Shown: in pieces, positions 52,442 to 60,200 of the stretch | How positions within the stretch are numbered: the first letter of the stretch is position 1 | Layout: every line of letters starts with the position of its first letter | Origin: Klebsiella pneumoniae | GTDB taxonomy: Bacteria; Verrucomicrobiota; Verrucomicrobiia; Limisphaerales; SXTU01 | DNA: 64,000 nucleotides | Reading direction: 5' to 3' | Assembly (NCBI GenBank): GCA_943330855.2 | Contig: CALQJI020000015.1 | Location: 5,469-69,468, forward strand | The notes under the pieces: generated by a model | Told to the model about the DNA's origin: nothing | What the model saw: only the letters and a program-made list of their open reading frames with translations | Databases searched by the model: none | Program-made: the position numbers and the translations under genes

Positions 52442-52477
52442 CTCCGCGTTTAGCCCGTGTTCCATCCGTGGCTAAAA
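52442..52477. repeat. Orphan right arm of the CACGGAT-unit element
   Basis: ctccgcgtttagcccgtgttccatccgtggctaaaa; 52458-52477 matches the reverse complement of 45090-45109 at 19 of 20 positions. Confidence 0.65.
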
Positions 52478-52586
52478 GTTCAGCAGCTACAGCAAACACC
52501 CGGTTTGACGGGAATCCCCGATCCGCGTAAATACATTGTCGTGACACCGCACGGTCAATGGACATACAGCAGGAACCGGATGGTTT

Positions 52587-52880
52587 ATGGAATTTGATTG
52601 GGCAAATCCTTCGTTCGCCCCGGCGGGTGAGCTGACGCAACTGGACGTGGAAGAGTCCTTCGAGGACGCGTTCGTGGTGCGACTGCTGCCTGATTCGGCG
52701 CGGTTCGCCGGGCAGGCGCGGTATTTCAACTTGGGCCGCTCGGCGCGCGGGGTGGGCGTGCTCAGTTTGTATCGCACGAACGGGAAGCAGGTGCGGGTGA
52801 TTTACGCGCGGGAGTTTTTGCAGGAAGAGCAGTTCTTCTACAAGCGGCGCGTGACGCAGTTGCTGGATCACAGAGACTAA
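52587..52880 (+). CDS. BrnT-like protein (divergent toxin fold)
   Basis: MEFDW start, EESFED, RYFNLG and VRVIYARE...E..FY pattern. Confidence 0.7.
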   Translation: MEFDWANPSFAPAGELTQLDVEESFEDAFVVRLLPDSARFAGQARYFNLGRSARGVGVLSLYRTNGKQVRVIYAREFLQEEQFFYKRRVTQLLDHRD

Positions 52881-52882
52881 CC

Positions 52883-53167
52883 ATGACGGCCATTTCCAAC
52901 TGGGATGCGGTGCCCGCCTTCAGCAGCGAAGAGGAAGAGGCGGACTACTGGCGCGAGCACCGGCTGGACTTACGGCTGATGGACGCGGCGCTGGTCGCGG
53001 GTGCGGAGTCCACGGAATCGGTGACGGTGACGTTGCGGATGGATCCGCGGATGCTCTCGCGGATCAAGCGGCTGGCGCGGTCGCGGTTCTTAAATTATCA
53101 GAGCATGGTCAAGCAGTGGTTGAGCGAACGGATGGAGCAGGAACTTCGGGAACGAGGCATGAAATGA
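52883..53167 (+). CDS. BrnA/CopG-like antitoxin
   Basis: PAFSSEEEEADYW, VTLRMD and YQSMVKQWL (ribbon-helix-helix-like). Confidence 0.75.
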   Translation: MTAISNWDAVPAFSSEEEEADYWREHRLDLRLMDAALVAGAESTESVTVTLRMDPRMLSRIKRLARSRFLNYQSMVKQWLSERMEQELRERGMK

Positions 53168-53826
53168 AGACGACAACGAACAACTTAAAGGCAGGGCAGG
53201 GGACGCGGGCGTTCACGCTGGTGGAACTGCTCGTGGTCATTTCCATCATCGGTATCATCGCCGCGATGTCGGTTGCGGGCATCCGCTCGGCCTCCATGAA
53301 ACGGGATCAGTCGGCGGTCGAGGCGCAGAAGGCAAAACTGATTTTGGCGTTGGAGGACTACAAGGGGAAGTTCGGGTCCTATCCGCCGGATCGTCCCGGG
53401 ACGACGGTAACCAATGCCGTCTGGAATCCGCTGGCGTATGAGTTGGGTGGCATGCGGCGGTCGGGGGTGAATTTTCAGGCCGAGACTGACCCCAGTCACG
53501 TCGTTACCCCGGCGATGTTGCTCTCCTATTACGGCCTGACCGGGCTGTTGAACGCCACTCCGTCCGCGACGGTGCGCGGCAAGTCTTTCCTCAATCTCAA
53601 GGGGGGAGCCGGCAAAACGGCGGACTACGTGGTCGTCACCAATGGCGTGCCTGGCATGCCCCCGGTGATGCTGCTGAAGGTTGCGGCGGACCATCCGGCC
53701 TTGTCCGAGAACGTCTGGCGCTATCGTTCGTATCCCACCAACGGCCACAATCCGAAGAGCTACGACCTGTGGGCGGAAATTAAGAAGAGCAACGGCACCA
53801 CCAACACGATCAGCAACTGGAAGTGA
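53164..53826 (+). CDS. Prepilin-type (GspG-like) protein
   Basis: RA|FTLVELLVVISIIGII class III signal; NPKSYDLW; ends SNWK. Confidence 0.9.
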   Translation: MKTTTNNLKAGQGTRAFTLVELLVVISIIGIIAAMSVAGIRSASMKRDQSAVEAQKAKLILALEDYKGKFGSYPPDRPGTTVTNAVWNPLAYELGGMRRSGVNFQAETDPSHVVTPAMLLSYYGLTGLLNATPSATVRGKSFLNLKGGAGKTADYVVVTNGVPGMPPVMLLKVAADHPALSENVWRYRSYPTNGHNPKSYDLWAEIKKSNGTTNTISNWK

Positions 53827-53840
53827 ACCTGAATTTACCC

Positions 53841-54656
53841 ATGAAACATCATCCTCATCGCACTCACCCACGGCAGCGAGCCATGACGCTCATTGAGCTG
53901 CTCGTGGTCATTAGCATCATCGGCGTGCTGGCCGGTCTCATTCTTCCAGCCGTGGGTAACGTGAAGAAAAAGGCCCGCGTGGTGCAGGCTCAGAAGGACA
54001 TGGCGGACATGAAGGGCGCGATCAGTGTCTATCAGCATGATTACAGCCGTCTGCCGGCCTCTGGGGCTCCCGTCGCGCCTGATGTGGTGCAGGGAGCCGG
54101 CATTGCGGGCACGGATTTCACCTTCGGCACGACTGGCACTGGATACGGGACCAACGTTTACAACAACGGCAACGCGCCTGGCAGCTACCAACAGAGTAAC
54201 CGTGAGTTGATGGTGATTCTGACCGCCTCTGGTTTTACCGGCTACACGCCACATTCCTCGGTGCAGTTAGACAGGCGCAATCCGCGCAAGACCGGCTACT
54301 TCAACGCCAAGTCCTCGGGGGCAAGTGGTGCCACCGCCGGTAAGGGGTTGGGCGATGACGGAGTGATGCGCGACCCGTGGGGCAACCCCTACATCATCGC
54401 ATTGGACCTGAACTACGATGGGTGGGTCTCGAACTCGGTTTACAACCACAACACCGTGAACAACGGCGTCACCCCGAGCACAGGTTTGGTGCGGCAGGGC
54501 GCGGCGGGCACGCACACGTGGGCGTTGAAGGACTCGGTGATGATCATGTCGTTCGGTGCGGACGGGCAGTTCGGCCCAAGCAGCGGCGCCCCGGTGGTGG
54601 CGGCCGCTGCGGCCAATGCAGATCCCAACAAAGACAACGTCCTGAGCTGGAAATGA
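53841..54656 (+). CDS. Prepilin-type (GspG-like) protein
   Basis: RA|MTLIELLVVISIIGVLAG; DPWGNPY, SFGADG and DNVLSW motifs. Confidence 0.9.
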   Translation: MKHHPHRTHPRQRAMTLIELLVVISIIGVLAGLILPAVGNVKKKARVVQAQKDMADMKGAISVYQHDYSRLPASGAPVAPDVVQGAGIAGTDFTFGTTGTGYGTNVYNNGNAPGSYQQSNRELMVILTASGFTGYTPHSSVQLDRRNPRKTGYFNAKSSGASGATAGKGLGDDGVMRDPWGNPYIIALDLNYDGWVSNSVYNHNTVNNGVTPSTGLVRQGAAGTHTWALKDSVMIMSFGADGQFGPSSGAPVVAAAAANADPNKDNVLSWK

Positions 54657-54660
54657 GTTT

Positions 54661-55656
54661 ATGAAGCTCGCCGCCAATCTTGTAGCCGCTGAGGTCACGA
54701 GGCGGGGCGTATGGGAGGCTGAAAGTTCCGCCTCCTCCCCTCGGCGGCTACGGGAGCAAGTGGCGTTCACCCTCATCGAGATGCTCGTGGTGCTGGGCAT
54801 CATCGGCATCCTCGCGGCGATGACGCTGCCTTCCTTCAAAAACGCGGGGAAGGGGAACGTGACCGAGTCCGCCATGCGGCAGTTGACCGACCATCTGGCG
54901 CTCGCGCGGATGAAGGCCATGACCCAGCGGACCAAGGTGTATGTGGTGTTCTCGCCGGACCTTAATTACTTCTTTGGCGCCAACCCGCTGAGTGTGACCG
55001 CATCGAACTTTCTGAGGACCAACATTGCGGCGAACAACTTGGTCGGTGGCCAGCTTACGGCCTACGCATTGTATTCGCCTCGGATGGTCGGGGAACAGCC
55101 GGGCCAGAGCACGCCCCGCTACCTGTCGGAATGGCATGATCTGCCCGCAGGCGCATTTATTCCGGCGGGCGCGTTTCGGAACCCAGCCATCTTCCACAAC
55201 GCCTTCGGTGCGCCGCTTACCAACGTGATGGTCTTTCTCGATGACAGCTACGCTTTGGGCGGCACGGTTCCTTTGCCTTTCATTGCTTTCGACGAATCCG
55301 GACGGCTCTTCGGGCGCACCGCGAACGTGATGTTGCCAATCCTCGAAGGCAGCGTGATGCACCCCAAGGACACCAACGAGATGAACCTTGTCGTCAACAC
55401 CGACGCAGTGGAGACGGCCGCTCCGATCTCGTCTGGCGGCATCGTGTCGGGCGTAGAGTATCTAGTGGCTGGCACGGTGGGGTCGCGGATCAACTATCCG
55501 TCCGTCGGCCTCATCACCGCCGGCCAGACCTTCACCGGCACCGCGACGACTACCTACACCGTCGCCGCAGGCGCACCCCGCGTGGTGCAACTCTACGGCG
55601 TGCGGATTGATTGGGTGACAGGCCGGGGCAAGGGCATTCGACCGGAGCTACAATGA
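54661..55656 (+). CDS. Minor pilin, GspH/FimT-like (Verru_Chthon D-like)
   Basis: VA|FTLIEML; LARMKAM; IAFDESGRL; IDWVTGR. Confidence 0.85.
   Translation: MKLAANLVAAEVTRRGVWEAESSASSPRRLREQVAFTLIEMLVVLGIIGILAAMTLPSFKNAGKGNVTESAMRQLTDHLALARMKAMTQRTKVYVVFSPDLNYFFGANPLSVTASNFLRTNIAANNLVGGQLTAYALYSPRMVGEQPGQSTPRYLSEWHDLPAGAFIPAGAFRNPAIFHNAFGAPLTNVMVFLDDSYALGGTVPLPFIAFDESGRLFGRTANVMLPILEGSVMHPKDTNEMNLVVNTDAVETAAPISSGGIVSGVEYLVAGTVGSRINYPSVGLITAGQTFTGTATTTYTVAAGAPRVVQLYGVRIDWVTGRGKGIRPELQ
54682..54751. repeat. GTAG REP doublet within a prepilin leader
   Basis: gtagccgctgaggtcacgaggcgg ... ccgcctcctcccctcggcggctac encodes VAAEVTRR...SASSPRRL. Confidence 0.9.
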
Positions 55657-56435
55657 ACTTCACCCGCAAACCCGCCGCCGTGTGTCCCGTAGCCGCCGAG
55701 GTGCGGAGGCGGACGCTGGTGCGTTCGAACGACTCCGCCTCCTTATCTCGGCGGCTACGGGGGACAGAGATGCCCGCCCGCCGGACGCGCGCCTTCACCA
55801 TGGTGGAGGTAGCCCTCAGCCTCGCCATCGTCGCCTTCGCGATGGTGGCCATCATCGGCGTGATGCCGATGGGCTTGAACGTGCAGAAGGAGAACCGCGA
55901 GGAAACCATCATTTCCCAAGACGCGGCGGTCATTCTCGAAGCCATTCGCGGCGGCAACGCCAGCGCGAACATCGCTTCGTTGCCCGCCTCCTGCCTGCAG
56001 ATGCAAGGCATTCACCCGACGATTGTGCCGAACGCGACGGCCACCGCGTTGGACATTGTGCACAGACTCAGCATCCCGCGCTGGGACACGGGCTATCTCA
56101 CGAATTTGGTGCAAGCCCACTTCCGCGCCATGAGCGGCAACCTCGCGGACACGGCGACGGCCGGTTCGCAGATGTCTTTTAGCTACGTGCTGACCTCCGA
56201 GGTGACGAACTACACCGCCAGCCCGACGATGCCCACCAACGGCGTCGCGTTCCTCACCAACAACCTTTACGAGGTGAAGCTCACCTTCCAGTGGCCAGTG
56301 TATGATGGCGGCGCCGGCGTGTTCCCCACGCGCGTGGGCGAGAAGCGCCTCGTGGTTCGCACCTTCGTCAGTGGACAACTGGTCCGGGAAACCAACGGTT
56401 ACTCCTTCCGAGGCGTGACTTACCAAGGCCAATGA
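55653..56435 (+). CDS. Minor pilin, GspI/PilV-like (Verru_Chthon B-like)
   Basis: RA|FTMVEVALSLAIVAFAMVAIIGVMPMGL; YEVKLTFQWP. Confidence 0.88.
   Translation: MNFTRKPAAVCPVAAEVRRRTLVRSNDSASLSRRLRGTEMPARRTRAFTMVEVALSLAIVAFAMVAIIGVMPMGLNVQKENREETIISQDAAVILEAIRGGNASANIASLPASCLQMQGIHPTIVPNATATALDIVHRLSIPRWDTGYLTNLVQAHFRAMSGNLADTATAGSQMSFSYVLTSEVTNYTASPTMPTNGVAFLTNNLYEVKLTFQWPVYDGGAGVFPTRVGEKRLVVRTFVSGQLVRETNGYSFRGVTYQGQ
55689..55758. repeat. GTAG REP doublet within a prepilin leader
   Basis: gtagccgccgaggtgcggaggcgg ... ccgcctccttatctcggcggctac encodes VAAEVRRR...SASLSRRL. Confidence 0.9.
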
Positions 56436-57259
56436 ACTTGTCCGCCGCCAACTCTGTGCCTCAACTACGTCGGCGGGTGCGCGCCGTCACCATCCTCGAG
56501 TTGTTGGTGGCGGTGAGCCTCATCTCCTTCATCATCCTGGCGCTCTACCAGATGTTTGACACTACGCAGACGCAGATGCGCCGCACCGTCCGTGAAGTGG
56601 ACAAGTTCGAGTCCGGGCGCGCGGCAGCGGAGCTGATCAAGCGTGATTTCGCACAGATGGTCGCCGGGAACTCCACCGCCGGTGGCCTGGCCGCCAACTT
56701 CTTCGCCGGCACCAACTTTGGCGGCACCGACTGGTCCGCCGGTGCGTTCGTGATGACCAACAACGGCACCAACATCGTGCTGCAGAACACCCTGCAAGTG
56801 GCCTACTTCGTCTCCTTTGATCCGGCGGCCACCCCCACCAACTGGACCGCTGTGGCCTACCGCGTGGCCAGCAGCACCAACCCCACGACCATTGCCGGCT
56901 ACGGACTGGGCACGCTCTACCGCTGGTCGGTGAACTCAAACCGCTTCTCCACGAACTTGCAGAACACCTACTTCAGCGGCCCGCCCGTCAGCTCCTTCCA
57001 GCGGATTGCGGACAACGTCGTTCACTTCCGAGTCACCGGCATCACCAACGGCGTGGCGGTGCCTGTGAACGGCTACCTCACCAACACCAGTCTCCCCTCC
57101 CACGTCGAGATTGAGCTGGGCTACCTGGACTCGCGGACCGCCGAGCGCGCGCGCGGGATGCTGCCCAACACCAACGCCGTGCGGGCCGCCCTCGCCACCA
57201 ACGTCGCCAACGTCCACCTCTTCCGCCTCCAGATACCCATCCGCCCCGGCCAGCAATGA
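56432..57259 (+). CDS. Minor pilin, GspJ/PilW-like (Verru_Chthon C-like)
   Basis: RA|VTILELLVAV; IADNVVHF; LPSHVEIELG.LD. Confidence 0.88.
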   Translation: MNLSAANSVPQLRRRVRAVTILELLVAVSLISFIILALYQMFDTTQTQMRRTVREVDKFESGRAAAELIKRDFAQMVAGNSTAGGLAANFFAGTNFGGTDWSAGAFVMTNNGTNIVLQNTLQVAYFVSFDPAATPTNWTAVAYRVASSTNPTTIAGYGLGTLYRWSVNSNRFSTNLQNTYFSGPPVSSFQRIADNVVHFRVTGITNGVAVPVNGYLTNTSLPSHVEIELGYLDSRTAERARGMLPNTNAVRAALATNVANVHLFRLQIPIRPGQQ

Positions 57260-60200
57260 AAACGCGTTTCCAAACCAACCTGGGCGTGCAGCGGAAACAA
57301 CCGGTGCACGCGGTGCCAACTGCGGCCGTCGCCGGCAACGCTCGCCGAAGCCGCTCGGAGATTGCCAATTTGCAATTTGCAATTCGCAGTTTGAAATTCC
57401 CGCAAACCCCCCGCTCCGGCGTCGCCCTCGTGGCCACGCTCATCATGCTCTCGCTCGTCACCTTCATGGTGGTGGCCTTCCTCAGCGTGGCCCGTCGCGA
57501 GCGGCAGTCCGTGGCCGCGAGCCTCACCATCAACGAGGCGCGCGCCGCGATGGAGGCCGGACTGGGCCGAGCGCAGGCAGACATCGCCGCCCGCCTACTC
57601 ACGTTGGGCGACCCGTGGAGCTACGGCCTGATGGTGCCTACCAACTACCAGAACAGTGTGTTCAACGCCGCCGTCATCCCCGCCAACATTAGCCCCACCA
57701 ACGTCAACGACGTCCTCGCCCTTCAGGCCGCCGGCCAGCCCACGCCGTGGCTGCTGCATTTGGGCAACCTCCAGTATGACCCGCGCGCGCCGGTGTTCTC
57801 GACTTACTTCACCAACCGCACCCCCTACAACCTGCTCGCCAGCGAGACGAACTTGGGCCGCTACTACCTCGACTTCAACCGGGACACCATGTTTGAGAGC
57901 ACGGACAGTTTTCAGACGGGCGACCCGCAGTGGATTTCCATGCTCGAGTATCCAGGCGTGCCGCACAGCGCCACCAACCAGTTCACCAGCCGTTACACCT
58001 ACCTCGTGGCTCCGGTGGGCAAGACGATGGATCTGAACTTCATGCACAACCAGTCCAAGCGCTCCAATGGCGTGGTCACGGCCGAGGGATACTTGCGGAA
58101 CCTCGGGGTCGGCCCACACGAGCTGAATCTTTCCGCGATGCTCACGGAGTTGAATCCGTTCTGGATCTACAACTACAACACTGGCGCGGGCGTTTCTGGC
58201 ACCGGGACACCCAATGACGCCTTCACAAACGCGCTCCGGCTCGTGCTCTTCCGGAATAACAACGGCTTCAACAATCTCGACAACTTGACCGGTCAGTTTG
58301 GAGCGGGACCTGCCCTGAACCTGGCCAGCGCGCAGTTCGACGTGTTTGGCGACGGCCCTTTGATGGCAGCCTCCAATCTGACGGCCAACGTGGAGGTGAC
58401 GAACTTCCCCCGGCCCGGCGGCAATAACACCAACGCGCTGGCGCAGCGGTTCTTCGATCTGAACGAGCTGTTCATGACCACGCGCGGCTACTCGGCGACA
58501 TTCCAATCGAACCTGAACCGACTTGGCACCAACGACATCACGGCAACCCCCGCCGGTGACGCTTCCCGCCGCACTTACTACAACCTCCTCTCCACTCTCG
58601 GCGTGGAGTCGTGGCCGCAGACGGACAAGCTGAACCTGAACTGGCTGGGCACGCGGTTTCTCTACTTCAGCAACTCCGCTCCCGGCGCCTTCTACGATCT
58701 GACTTGGTCGAACGCGCCGAGCACTTCCGTCGGCGGGGAATACTTCGGGTTTGTGAACTGGACGGCGGATGAGTTTTTCAACACCGCTGCCGAGCGGATG
58801 CTCCGCGCCAGCATCACCCCCTCCGTCCTGTTCGACACCAACTGGACCGGCTTCGGCGGTGGCGGGGCCAACGTGCTCCTGACGAACTACTACTTCGGCA
58901 ACACCTTTGTCGGCATCAGCAACAACGCGACCCTCAGCGTCACGAACATCCCCATCTTCCCCGCGAGCTACTACACGCCGGAGGTCCACCGCATCCTTCA
59001 GCTCGCCGCGAACATCTACGACGCCACCACCACGAACGCCGCTGCGCCAGCCTACCCGACGCTTTTTCGCCCGGTGTTCGGGTTCAATTCCAATGGCTGG
59101 CCGAACACCGACCGCATCTTCATCAAGGGCTACTTCAACAACGGCACGGATGCCACGACCCTCCTGAGTCTCCCGGAAGTGGACTTGAGCGATCCCAACA
59201 GCCGGCTGCAGATGTATTCTACCGCCAATTCCAACCTCGGTGGCTCCGACTTCTGCCTCGTCCGGGGCACCCCCGTCGTCATCGGCGCGCGGAAGGGCTA
59301 CCCGAACTTCAACGAGTTTGCGGTGCAGTCGCTCCTGTCGGTGACCCGTCGCTTGGAGTTCGTGAAGACCAACGCGACGAACATCGGGCCGATGAATGCC
59401 GCCGGTCGCCCGCTGACTTGGACCAACCAGTCCCTCATCCTCGGGATGACGAACATTTTAGGCTTCGAGGCGTGGAACTCCTACACCGGCGCGTTCCCGC
59501 GTGCGCTCCAATTGGTGGCCACGAACGTCTCCGATGTCACCGTGGGCTTCTTTGTGAACCGGCATCTGACCACCAGCGCCGCGCAGTTCTCAGCGACGAA
59601 CTTCCTGCTGCTCTACACCAACCGCACGGTCAACGGCGTCGTGTCCAACATGGCCGCGAGCGCTTGGACCGGCACCGTGAACCCGAACGGGAACTTCAAG
59701 AGCTTCTTCTTCACCAACGCCCCGCAGTTCTCCAGCAACGCCGCTGCGGGCTACGCCTTCGCGACCAATTATCCGCCTTTGCCAGGCTTCACAAACGGCG
59801 GCTTCGCACCTGCCAGCGCGGTCGTCCCCGGCCTCGCCATCTTCAACCGCACGAACGGCTTTCCTGACCTGCGGCTGCACATCACCATCACCAACTCCAT
59901 CCGCTACGCGCTCATTGAGCCGGTAGCCAACCGAGTGGTGGACTTCGTGAACCTCGGCAACATGATCATTGGCACGAATATCTTGGCGCCGATGCCGGTG
60001 GTGGTGGCGGCAGGAAAACTGTTTCGCGCCGCACACGGGCTGCTGGATGGGATGGAGGTGCAGTTCTACACCACGGGGACTTTGCCGCCCCCGCTGTTCC
60101 CCAACACCTCGTATTTCGTGCGGAACGCCACGCTCAACGACTTCAGCGTGGCGAGCATCTCTGGCGGCGCTGCTATCGGCCTCGGCTTTGGTCTCGGGTC

